Positions 22,247 through 34,190 of a DNA stretch of 64,000 nt are shown here, one piece after another. The DNA comes from Octopus sinensis (lineage: Eukaryota), in contig NC_042997.1 in assembly GCF_006345805.1 (NCBI RefSeq), positions 61,194,001-61,258,000 on the forward strand, given 5' to 3'. The notes under the pieces are model-generated. The model was not told the DNA's origin and ran no database searches. It saw nothing but the letters and a program-made list of their open reading frames with translations. Within the stretch, counting starts at the first letter, position 1. Every line of letters begins with the position of its first letter. Made by a program: the position numbers and the translations under genes.

Positions 22247-25201
22247 CAATGATGATATTGTTTTACAATTTTTCTGTGGTCATGCTGGGGCACTACTTTC
22301 AAGTGTTGTTGTTGATTATATTGCCCTCAGTAGTTTGTATGGTATTTTATTAATCTTAAAGGAGTAAGAAAGACTCAGTCAACAGTTATGAATCCAAATA
22401 TCACAAGGTATTTCAGCTCGACTCACCAGTCTTTTTTACTCTCACACTGACCCCCTCCACCTATTTAGATCTCCAGACTGCCATTGGTCAGTTCAGGTCA
22501 TATGGTTGTTTTTGTGGTCATAACTGCATCAGTTCTTTTATTGGTACAGGAAACAAGATGTTGGAATTACATTGTTGGCATTCTGCTGGATGTGTTCAGT
22601 AACATCAGCTTTTTTACATTGGATACTATCTCTTATTATAAAAGGCAGATTTTATCTGCCTCCCTTTGTAACTTATAGAAATCTACAATATAGGATTTCT
22701 TCAATTACAATTTACCTAGCATTTTAAAGAGTAGAATGCATCGGGTCATGTCAGGTCCAGTTTTTAAAATTTAAACTCCAATTAAGCAAAATTTACAGAA
22801 AACTCACATTCTGGTGTGTATGTCAAATGCTTTTCTTAATGTGGTTTACACCACACGCACATGCACACACACAGTGTGCAACGAATAAAATGAAAGTAAA
22901 TAGCGACAGAGTGATTTGAGGAAGACTAAACTGAAAGTATTTAAACCACTACTCAAAAAATAAAAAAACACAGCAAACAGAAACAAATAAATACATAACG
23001 ATTTACTCCTCACACAATTTCTTCAATTAGAGTTTACCTAAGATTTTTCAAAGTACTCCATTCGGTCATGCCATAATATATTTCTTTCAATTTCACCCCC
23101 AATTGAGACAAAATTCGAGAAAACTCAATATTTTAACATTTCACTCCGAAAGCATTGATGTACATGTGTGCGTGCGTGAGTGTGTGTGTGTGTGTGTTTG
23201 ATGGGTTGTGCGACACAGAAAGTGTGGTGTGTAAGTGAAGTGCTTTTGTTAGTGTGTGTAAAGAGACAGACAGAGTGAAAGACAGAAATAACTGAACTTT
23301 TTTTATTCACTTTTTGTAGTGACTGAGAGAGAAAAGAGAGAGAGAGGTTATGTATGTATATATGTATGTATGGCTTCAGTGACACACACACACACAAAAA
23401 CACATACCTACGTACACCTAAAGCACGCACACACACACACACAAGCGGAGCGCGAACTTCAAAATTTTGGTAGTATTAATTTGTGAGCGTACTTCTAAGC
23501 GCGCGTAATTGAAAGTTTTCACTATGATATCATCACGTGCGAAAAAATTCGAAGGGTTTTGAACAATTGAGATACACATGTCATGCCTGTATTGAAACCA
23601 TTGCTAAGCTGCCGTAATTGCTTAATTAAGACTTTGTTTAAATTGAAAGGGGCAAATATGTGACGAGGTTGAAAAAAAATACCCCAGAAAAAAAAATGTA
23701 CTGCTGGTATTTATATAATTCACTACTATTTTGCTACAATGTCATGAAAAAGAAAAAATTTAGGTATGTAAATCGAATTCGCCACCCCCTTTTCCCCGTT
23801 CGCGTTTGTGTAAAAAAAATTATTATTTAAGTTTTAAAAATTATTTACTTTGTTCAAAAAATATTAATATTAATTAATTTTCAAGAATTATTTAATTTTA
23901 TTCTGTAAAATAGTAATTAATTCATTTATCTGTAAATCCGCGAGGTTGTTACTCAGGCACCTAGAATGGTAACCTTCAACTAACACTATCTCCTCCGAGA
24001 CCCTGCGGCGCAAGTTGACCAAAATTGAGAGTATGGTAGAAGAAGGGTTGCTCTTCCTTCCGTAGAACATAAAATTCAAATCGGACCATGTTAACACCAA
24101 AAATTATTTACATCAAAAAGATGCTTTTTTCTATGAAAATCCCTATTTTTTACGATTTTTTCACTGCTGTGTCGCCACTTTTCGGTGTATTTCGACCAGA
24201 AAAATGTTCACAAAATTTTTACTTTTCAAAATTACAATTCCAGCGGGTCGAAACAAACCCGAGCAACGCCGGGCGATACTGCTAGTATATGATAAAACAG
24301 GCGATATGTCAGTTAGTCATTTTTCTGTTGAGTGTTGTACTTTTGTGACAATAGTTACCCTGTGGGAAATTAATTGTTTTGATGATGTCAGATGCAATAA
24401 GTTAGCATGACTGGCATACAAGGTTGTAATCTCAATAGGCTGCAGGAATTGTATCTCCTGTCATTGTGTGGGCTTGATTGAATTTATCAGCCACCACTGG
24501 TTTGAAGTTCATTAATGGGCTGTACCTCCGGTGATAACAATAAGATAAATTATTTTTCCTATTTGTGTGCATTGTTGCTCAAGTTATTGTACTTGTGTAA
24601 TATGGTATGAATCCAGACTTTGGGCATTTTACAGCATGCATTGTAGCAAATAAAACAAAACAGAGATTGTTTATAAGATATTTAGTAACTAAATATCTTA
24701 TAAAAAATCTCTCCCATATACTTTATTTTCTTTCTAATTTTCTGTCTTACCACACAGCCATGCCAGCACACCCAACAAAATAATGACTAACTGACATATC
24801 GCCTGTTTTACTTTATATAGTATCCAATGTGAAAAAGCTGATGTTACTGAACACATCCAGCAGGATGCCAACAATGTGATTCCAACATCCTGTTTCCTGT
24901 ACCATGTGAACCTACCAATAAAAGAACTGATGTTGTTATGACCACAAAAACAACCATATGACCTGAACTGACCAGTGGCGGTCTGGAGATCTAAATGGGT
25001 GGAGGAGTCAGTGTGAGAATAAAAAGACTGGTGAAATGCCTTGTGATATTTGGATTCATAACAGTTGACTGAGTCTTTCTTATTCTTTTAAGATCAATAA
25101 AATACCATACAAACTACTGTGGTCAATATAATCAACAACAACACTTGAAAGTAGTGCCCCAGTATGACCACAGAAAAATTGTAAAACCATATCCATCATT
25201 G
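22247..25201. repeat. ~430-bp inverted duplication (arms 22247-22628 plus 24286-24335, and 24768-25201) with a 432-bp spacer; the left arm is split by a Helitron
   Basis: rc of 24768-25201 aligns continuously with 22247-22628 joined to 24286-24335, roughly 90% identical by eye with two 10-13 nt indels. Confidence 0.9.
22629..24285 (+). mobile_element. Non-autonomous Helitron (1657 bp)
   Basis: 5' A|TCtcttattataaaaggcagattttatctgcc. 3' hairpin cccgagcaacgccggg followed 9 nt later by CTAG|T. Removing it gives ggatacta|tatatgataaaacagg, matching the other repeat arm ggatactatataaagtaaaacagg with no TSD. CpG-rich. Confidence 0.9.
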
Positions 25202-27116
25202 ATGATGATTAGAAGTTAAGAGGCAAGTTTGATAGTAAATTGGATAGTAAAACATAAAATCATTAAATCCAATTTTGTCAGTTGTTTAAAGAGCATAATT
25301 AAAGATCAAAGTTGTTACACAAATTAACGTGTAAGATTAGTTTGTGTTGTAAACTTTTATTGAAAAATAGCTTGGGATTCGATAATATCATGCACATTTT
25401 CTCATTAAATAACAGTGGGTGCTTCTATATTATTTTCTTCAATTAACTGTTATTTAACTTTGTTAATAATTTTTTTCCAGCTTTTGATACCGTGAATCCC
25501 TTACAAAAGCAACAAGGCTTCTCCACTCTTGTGTATGAGGGTCAGAGACTATGGTAGTAGGCATGTATTGTATTTAGCCCCATGTTAGTCCTCACTGAAT
25601 AGACTTATGATCAAAGATATTCCAACTGCAACCATCCTGGTTTTTATGAGCAGGGACCCCAGGACTACATCATCCAACATGTCAGTTTCTAAAACAGTGG
25701 GATATCATATGATGGAGATGCTATTTATATAGGTGTGTGTTTCCACACTTACAACCAATAGTGAAGGGAACAATGCTACTGGAAGTAGTCTAGGTGACTA
25801 TTTTAATAACACATACAATATGATAGTCTGGACTGTAAGTAAACAATTGGAAAACAGCGAGCAAGGTTTTGCATTATCATTACAATATACAAAACAAACA
25901 GCAACAATAATTCAGATTATTTCAACCCTTATTTCATAATTAAATTGTTAGTTCACTTAGCTGTAAAAATATTTGTTCTAACAATATTACAGTTTGCACA
26001 AATCTAACAGTTGCACAATCATGCTAAATGTGAGAAAGGAATATAAAACGCTAAAAGACTGAAGCAATTTTACTAGTGTTTTACTATGTAAACCAATTTA
26101 AACTTCTAAGGGCAAATATTTCCTGAATGGACCTAATAATAACAAAGTCTAAAACTCTTTGATTAAAATATAAATTATTTGGTTACTTATAAACTGTTAT
26201 ATAAATTACTTAAAATATTTTGGTTAAAATATAAATTGAATATGTTGACTCCCTAACATGGAAAACATTTCTTATGGAGATAACATAATTTCTAGACATT
26301 TATTGCTGAAAAGGAATCAATATAAATTTTATTCCTTAAAGGTTCTTAGACTGTGGATTGAAGAAATGTGTATCTGTCACACTGCATCAGATGAGTGGCC
26401 ATCATAACTAACATATGGAGAGTGGGGAAGCTGAAGATCTGCATCTGTGACACCTAAAGATGTAAGCAGATAGATAGATCAGAAATTCACATAGTGTAAT
26501 GGACAACTGTTCCTAAGAAGCACTCTTCCGCAAGCAACCAATCAACTATGTGGTTGAAGCAGAGGCTCATCTAGAAGGGTTAATCAGATTAAGCAGTTCT
26601 TAATGATGCTATCAAAACATTGTGAAAGTGAGTATATCCTAAACTAAGATACAGAATGTTGAGTGCAAATGATTTGAAAAAACAATTAAGTACGATAGAG
26701 TTATTTCAAGGAGAGATGATTTGTACTTACTGAGACAAGATATTGCAAAGCAGATGAACAGGAACTGTAAATTAGTGGTGAGAGATTTTGTGATAGTGTT
26801 AGAGCAAATAAAAGATGGGGAGAAAGTTTAGGTTGGTGAGATCTGAGATTGTAAGACTTCACTAATGAGATGACATAAGATTAAGAGATCAGAAAATATT
26901 TGACACAATCTATTGAAGAAAAGATGTTAAAGTAATGATTGTAGTGAACAAGATTTTATACAAATATCCAAATATGTTTACTTCCTTACTTATATGATTA
27001 TATTTTTGGTTGCTTACTAAAAATGATTACAAGCCTCTTGTCAAAATTTTGCATCTATTTATAAACAAAATTAAAATAAATAAAAAGAATTACACAAGAT
27101 TTGTATATCTATATAT

Positions 27117-27265
27117 AAGGCTCGGCTGTGTGGTAAGAAGCTTGCTTTCGAACCACATGATTCCAGGTTCAGTCTCACTACACAGCACCTTGGGCAAGTG
27201 TCTTCTACTATAGCCTCAGGCTGACCAAAGCCTTGTGAGAGGATTTGGAGACTTGAAGAAGCCTG

Positions 27266-27313
<48 letters not shown>

Positions 27314-27502
27314 GTGTGTTGACAACTGATGCTGATGTGTTTATGTCCCCTATAACTTAGCAGTTCAGCAAAAGAGACCGACAGAATAAGTACTGGGCTT
27401 ATAAAGAATAAGTTCTAGGGGTGATTTCTTTGAATAACACATTTTAAGGTGGTGCTCCAGCATGGCTGCAGTCAAATGACTGAAACAAGTAAAAGAATAA
27501 AA
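27117..27502 (+). mobile_element. SINE family A with internal (TA)n
   Basis: ggctgtgtggtaagaagcttgctt head through ggtgctccagcatggctgcagtcaaatgactgaaacaagtaaaagaataaaa tail. Confidence 0.85.
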
Positions 27503-28655
27503 ACATATATTTGTTTACAAGATTGTACCACATGATCTACTATATTGTATAAAATGATTTAAGCATTACTGACACAGGTTCCAGCATCTCATTTGTATAT
27601 TTTTGGAAAAAACATTGACTAGTAGTAAGACTTGAAAGCTGTTCATTGTCATGAACTAGTATATTTATAGTTGTTATGTATAACTGCTATCCAACTTTGT
27701 AGTAACTAAAAAGTTAGCGGAAGAAATATTCCTTTGAATTCATAAGTATCTTATTTACAATCAGAAAGACTACTGTTTTTTGGATGGGTTTTTTTTTTTT
27801 TTGGTTTTTGACTATCTTTTTACAGAATATTTTCTTGGATAGACAGGAGTTGAAATGAAAATAGACTTATTATATCTCTATATGTCTTTATCAGAGATTT
27901 TCTTTCTATTTTACAGCCATTTTCCAACGAAGACATGGTTTGGATATTTTTTTATCCCTTCTACAAAATATTGGATAGCTTAATATATTTCTGCTAATCT
28001 CAGCCATGAAGTGTTGAACCTGTTGTTCGAGAGATTAAATTATTTAGAGTTTTTGTGATTTGCTTTAGGAAGAATATTTTGACCTTAGAAAAATTTAAAC
28101 TCCTGTTCATGCAATCATTTGTCTTAAATTCAGTCATTGTGCTTCATAAGTTGTATAATGAAATATAGTCTTAAAATTGTTAACCACAAAGAATTTTCTA
28201 ATTAGATATCCATCTGAGACTTCTATGGGAGTATGTGACAAATTTGTGTCGTATAACAATTTTTGCAAGTTTTTGAACAGAGAAAAAAAAAAAGAAAATT
28301 GTTTCTTGACTGTTTATGGTAGTAACTCAGAATGACAAATATCACATTTTAAATGAATGACATTTCTCTTTAAACCATTCTATAACATATCACTCCAAAT
28401 TAAAAAAGAAACCCCTGAGATTTTCACCTGGGATGTCGAGATTGAACTTCCAATTTGTGGATCAGTTTCAAATTTGACAGCAGATATCTCAGTATGTCTC
28501 TGGACATAAATTCTACATTGATTCAGTTTGCTTGAAGGTAAGATGTGCCAAGCTTATCTAGTAAAAGTTACAGTAGCTGATGTCTGTTCAGAAAAAGAAT
28601 CATCTCTCATTTGATCAGTAATTATGGAAACTAAGTTGAGTACTAAATGAATGGA

Positions 28656-28713
28656 CATTATTTACATTATTTACAATTGACGGATATTTGTCCCCATCTT
28701 GTTTGTTGTTAAC
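28656..28713 (-). mobile_element. 58-bp retroposed 3' tail of the 31551-31987 element, flanked by a 10-bp TSD
   Basis: AATGAATGGA at 28646-28655 and 28714-28723. The insert is near-identical to 31553-31610. Confidence 0.85.
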
Positions 28714-31607
28714 AATGAATGGATCCTGATTAGAATTAACATGTTTTTTTTTGTAATTAAACTACTGTAATTAGAATGTTATTGGTTAGTTCCAAGTTCA
28801 TGACTAAGCAAATCTGTAATCAACGGTGATCTATCCACAAACATTCTGTCTTTTCGTATACCTAAGATTACATTGTCCAGTATGTCTGCTTCCTTTTTTA
28901 AAGATGGTAGGGAGTGATTTTTGGGAAATTTGGCTACTATTTCTTGTAAGTCAAGTGTTCAAGCTGAAGCTTCCTTCTTGATTTGTAATTGGATTGTTTG
29001 AAGTAAATAACAGGTGGTAATGATTGTATTTTCTTTAATGTCTATCTTGGGAATTTTGGAAATCCCTTAGATGTTGTGTTATGTTTTACAAGACATTTTG
29101 ATTGTGGTTCCACCATCCGATACTTTCTCTGAAACTCACTACATGTATATTTATATAAACTGTAGAGTGTGGTTACTTTCTAATTCCATTCCCTTTGGTA
29201 CTGCATCTCTGTTGTATAATATCTTTCCTCCTCTCCACCTAACTGATACTCATTCAAATTATATGATAAGTAAGCTATGCTATTTCATTGGATTTAGCTT
29301 ATTGTTTAAAGTGTGATATTGACTGTTGTTTATCATTTGCTTACTTTGTTTTGTTACTATCAAATTGCTTAAGATATATTATTCAAATTGCTTCTGATAT
29401 ATATCTACCAAAAGCATCAGTCAAAACTTCCCAAATCTTCCTTTGTTTTGGCATTCTTGCTTTTAGGCTTCTCCATGTTGATGTTGTTTGTTAGTTTCAT
29501 ATCAGTCTTAATCAAGCAAACCTATATTCAAAGATGTTCCAACTGGCACCATACTGCTTTTTCTTTTTCTGCTATAGAGACTGCATCAGTCAATATATCA
29601 TTTTTGTTTTTAGATGATTAGGTGTAAATTGATAGATATTTGACTCTATTTCTAACTAGTTGAGTGTCCACGCTAAGGCTCCTTCTTTATCTCATTTCTG
29701 ATGTTCGTGTGGTTTCTGATTGGCATTTGAGATCATTACATAAGTCGATAGAAAAAATTTCTAAGCCACGCTGCTTTAAAACATAGAGCAGTTGAAAAAT
29801 ACATTTACTTTTTAACCACCATAATATCAGTCTTTCTATGTTGAAATAATGTTAATTTGATTTGAATTTATGACATAATGTCAATTTGATTTGAATTTAT
29901 GAAAATTGCTATTACTAAATCTTATATTTTTTTTGTTAAAAATTATAAGATGGAGAAGAAAGGAGTTGATGAACATTTTTATATGAAAAAAATGTAGTCT
30001 ACTAAAATGACTCAGCCTAGCTAGGGCTTAAGTGTTCATATCTAATGTTTAATCACATTAAACTTTAATGCATATTTTTGCAGATGCAATTATTGCACAA
30101 TGTACCCTCAGGCTTTTGTTAAATTCTTTGAAATTTTTCTTATCCTCCCACTGAATTTTCTCAAAGCTTTAAGTATCAATTTATGTTTACACTTTTTCGT
30201 AAGTCACTTTTAAATTGCTTTTAAGCAATTTTATAGTAATACCTGTACATTTTTGTGTTTTTTCACTTGCATTTTTTACATTAGCATTTAATCATTTAGT
30301 GACATATTTTGTAAATCTGCTAATACACCAGAACTTAAGATATGCTTTTATTTTTTGTCGTTTCTGAATAACATCACAATTGTGAACCCTATACAAAATA
30401 CTGCTTAAATGTTTAGCTGTGAATTTTTTCTTAGAATGTTTGATTTTGAATGGCAAAAATGTCTGCTTCTTAATATTTGGCATCATTCATATCAGTGAAG
30501 TTTATTGATAGTATTGCTGTTAAGAGTGTTCCTCTCTCTCTCTCCCTAACTCTCTTTATATTTCTTTCTCTCATGCATGCACGCACGCACGCGCGCACAA
30601 CACACACACACACACACATTCTCTCTCTTCTATATCAACTAAAGTGTTTTTTTTTTTTTGTTTTTATGGTGGGGACATTAACATTCACTGCTGTATCTGA
30701 AGAAATCTAGCTTTAAGGTTTACATATTTTATCTTACAAGTGTATGGAATTGTTTGATAATATTTTTTCATACTCTAACTTGTAGAAAGTATAAAAACTT
30801 TTCACAGGTCTAGATTTATAACCCAATATTGTAAGAAATAACAAGATATAAATTTTGTATTTATCTATCTAGGGTACAACTAAATAATCAAAACTGCTTT
30901 AAAATACCTTTGAACTTTTTTGTCATATTGAATGCTGAACCAATCTATAAGATTGTACATAGTTCTGTGACATGTAACCTTGACAATATTCAGAAAATAG
31001 GCATTTATTTGGTTGTCACTGATTGTGGTTTTGTCAGTTTTCAATCTTAGTTATAACATTCATGTTTTGAACTTCACGTAGCATATTTTCAACAAATTAA
31101 TTTTCAGTCAGTATATCAATATTTTCTCTTTGAGCATTTGATTAATTACTATAAAGTATTTAGTTAAAAAGCTCAAAGATAAAATCCTACTGAGGTTGAT
31201 TTTTTTTTCATTTCATCCTTCCATGGATCAGTGAGGTAAGTAGCAATATAATGCCAGGCTGTTCTTTCATCCCTAAATTTGTTGCCTTGTGCTTATTATA
31301 TTAAAGAATAAATATTTTCTCTTCTCTGCTACTTACTGTATTTCACCCACTAAATGTTACATTACATATGTACTTTACTCCTTCTTCAAAATTACATTAT
31401 TATTTTAATGTGTTGAAATATTCTCTATCACCTATTTGTCAAATTATTGCATTTTTCTGGATTTTATGTGAATAGCTACAACATTGCTCAGAAAAAAAAA
31501 AAAACTCCTCAGTTACAGTTTGTTCTATATTTAAGAGATGAGGAATTATGTACATTATTTACATTATTTACAATTGACGGATATTTGTCCTCATCTTGTT
31601 TGTTGTT

Positions 31608-31653
31608 AACACAACATTTCGGCTGATATACCCTCCAGCCTTCATCAGGTGTC
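31608..31653 (-). ncRNA. Minimal type I hammerhead ribozyme motif
   Basis: gacac CTGATGA a ggctg gagggtatat cagcc GAAA tg tt gtgtt. Stem I gacac/gtgtt, stem II ggctg/cagcc, core intact. Confidence 0.8.
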
Positions 31654-31888
31654 TTGGGGAAATTTCGAACCTGGGCTCTCATTCCTGAGGTATTTTTTGA
31701 TGTTGTTATTATTATTCAGGTCATTGCCTGGAATCGAACTTGGAATCTTGGGGTTAGTAGCCCGCACTCTTAACCCCAAGATTCCGAGTTCGATTCCAGG
31801 CAGTGACCTGAATAATAATAATAATAATGATATTAACTACATCAAAAAATATCTTGGGAATGAGAACCCAGGTTCAAAATCTCCCCAA

Positions 31889-31934
31889 GACACCTGATGA
31901 AGGCTGGAGGGTATATCAGCTGAAATATTGTGTT
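31889..31934 (+). ncRNA. Minimal type I hammerhead ribozyme motif
   Basis: gacac CTGATGA a ggctg gagggtatat cagct GAAA ta tt gtgtt. Palindromic AATATT at helix III. Confidence 0.8.
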
Positions 31935-32177
31935 AACAACAAACAAGATGAGGACAAATATCCGTCAGTTGTAAATAATGTAAATAATTACAGTTTGTTC
32001 TCATCTTAATAAACTACTGAGATGAAAAACTTTGATAACCAAGTTTTTTTTTTATCCCCCAGGAGGATATTTTGAATACTAATTGTTTCGATAAACTTGC
32101 TTGATTGAAGCTTTTCAATTCACTGTATTACATATGTGTGACACTTCCATATTTGTATTTAGTATGCAAACACTCAC

Positions 32178-32262
32178 CTGAAATATTTTCTCTCAGGTGT
32201 ATTGTTACTAGTTATATAAAGCCTACTTAATACAAACGTATGTACATATTGATCTCTATCCA
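32178..32262 (-). CDS. Candidate internal coding exon (xDRDQYVHTFVLSRLYITSNNTPERKYFx), product unknown
   Basis: tattctactCAG acceptor, 85-nt open frame (phase 1 to phase 2), strong CAG|GTGAGT donor. No homology recognised. Confidence 0.25.
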
Positions 32263-33616
32263 CTGAGTAGAATATGTTTTGTTGAAAAAATGTCTGTTGC
32301 TTTTACCAGTTGACTTGAAAAACCACACCCACTCCAAATTGCAATCTCTATATTGCTCAAAATTCCAATCAACTGATCTTATTGGTGTAATTTCCCTTGC
32401 TTTTTTTTTTTTTTTAAATTTTAACTGCCTTCAATAATCACAGTTGACTGAAGTTAAAAAAATTTTTTTTTTTATCTCACTTCATTGCATATCAGAAATG
32501 GTACTATATCTTATATACTGAATTCTTTCCTCAGCTATTTTCATTCAACCAATATTTTCTGATATCCATAATTACTGTCACTTTATATGACTAAGTATGA
32601 TAAGCAGTCATTTGTATAGAAGGAATTGTAACTGTTCCAGTTAGGCTAAAACATTCAAGTAGAATTATGTTCTATAACCAGGATTATATTTTTTGAAGAA
32701 TTTAAACATATAATGTATGACCTAAATTTAATTACTTTGCCAGTAGTATCAACATATTCCTGCAGTTTCCCAAGAAATTTAAGAATTTCCAGCTCCAAAA
32801 ATTTTTTGTTTTAATTATTTCTAGCTTCCTTTTTATTTTTAAAGCCACTCAGAAAATAACTTCAAATTAAAATAATAATGTGAAGTAATCCTTAAAAGTC
32901 TTTTGAGCTGGCAGCTATGGGTTTGATGTAAATAATATGCAAATACAAAAGGAAATAAAATAGCCATTTTTCTACAAACATATTTCAAAAGTAAAAATAT
33001 GGGAAACAGAATTTTGTTTTCTTGAAAAGGGAAAACGATTTTAGATGCTATCAGCATGAAACTAGATTGTCATAAAATAACTCTTTCCTAGTTTTACCAT
33101 ATTTATCTTACATATCAGTAATTTTTACCTTCACAAGTATGCATTTTTCTTTATGATTTTTGTGTGAAAATATGAAATATTTCACACATATTTCCTCTTT
33201 CCACTCTCCATTAATCTTTTTTGATGCTGTATTATCATCATCAACTCTTATATCTCCTTTCTGTCCTCTTTCTATCCCCCTTCTTTCTGTTTGCTATCTT
33301 CTCTTACCCTTTCTATCTATCCCTGAAAGCCTGTTGTTTGGAAGTCTGAATGTCTGTTGTTGTAGCCTTACTTTATCTGATGGAAAGTATTGACTTCCAT
33401 GATCATAGGTATAGCTGTGTCGGTAAGATGTTTGTTTCACACTTGGAATAGAGTTCTAAGTTCAATCCCATTGCATGCACCACCTTGTGTGAGTATGTTT
33501 TTTTTTTATCTTAGCCTTGGATTCCTGAATATTTTGTGAGAGGAATTTGGTAGATGGAATTGTTGCAGAAATCTGATCTATATGTCAGATCTCTGCACCT
33601 ATTCTATTGACCCTTG

Positions 33617-33659
<43 letters not shown>

Positions 33660-33662
33660 CAT

Positions 33663-33795
33663 ATTTAAATAAAAGCTACTAACAATTTCTTGCCATTGAG
33701 ACACATGGTTAGGCAGATTCCTATAATGTGCCTTGGGTCTCCAAACAATCTTCATGTCTCAATGGCAAGAAACTATTAGTAGGTCTTATTTTAAT
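33663..33795. repeat. Small inverted repeat or MITE-like hairpin
   Basis: ctactaacaatttcttgccattgagacacatg (33676-33707) versus rc of 33753-33782 ctactaatagtttcttgccattgagacatg, with weaker flanking extension. Confidence 0.75.
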
Positions 33796-33912
33796 ACTAT
33801 GTATATTTATGATATTTATTTCTCACTGGAAGGGGTACTTTTTTGTTGACTTTATCATAACAAAACAGTAAACTATATATATATATGTGTGTGGTGTGTG
33901 TGTGTGTGTGTT

Positions 33913-34190
33913 AGGGCAGTGGACTCGCAGTTGTAGGATCGCAGTTTCGATTCCCAGATCAGGCGTTGTGAAAGTTTATTGAGCGAAAACACCTAAAGCT
34001 CCATGAGGCTCTCAGTGGGGGGGGGGATCCCTGCTGTACTCTTTCACCACAACTTTCTCTCACTCTTTCTTCTGTTGGTCTACTCACTTAGCCAGCGGGG
34101 TGGCATCATTTGAAGGCTAAAACAATGCGAAGCACATTGTGACCAGCAATATGTAACAACATCTGATAGCCTGGTCGGTCACGTGATATA
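33913..34190 (+). mobile_element. SINE family D variant
   Basis: gggcagtggactcgcagttgtaggatcgcagtttcgattccc head; gaagcacattgtgaccagc...ggtcggtcacgtgata tail ending in (TA)n. Confidence 0.75.

Larger units (their letters stand above)
31551..31987. mobile_element. ~437-bp palindrome of two head-to-head copies of a tRNA-headed, hammerhead-tailed SINE-like element
   Basis: Arms ~31551-31756 and 31771-31987 with a 14-nt spacer gtagcccgcactct. tRNA-like ggttaagagtgcgggctactaaccccaagattccgagttcgattcc (anticodon-like arm and B-box), then (AAT)n, a hammerhead and a (gtaaataat)2 tail. Confidence 0.9.

Noticed and set aside
23888-24410. CpG-rich stretch and short ORFs first read as a promoter/first exon or a structured ncRNA
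   Set aside because: It lies inside the Helitron 3' region and has no recognisable snRNA, RNase P/MRP, SRP or telomerase-template motifs.
26560-26950. Purine-rich decayed coding-like segment (possible LTR integrase tail)
   Set aside because: Too degenerate to assign by eye.
29000-29620. Possible old LINE linker region on the minus strand
   Set aside because: No diagnostic motif recovered.
31741-31800. Possible tRNA gene
   Set aside because: No acceptor stem or A-box; it is a SINE head truncated by the inversion.
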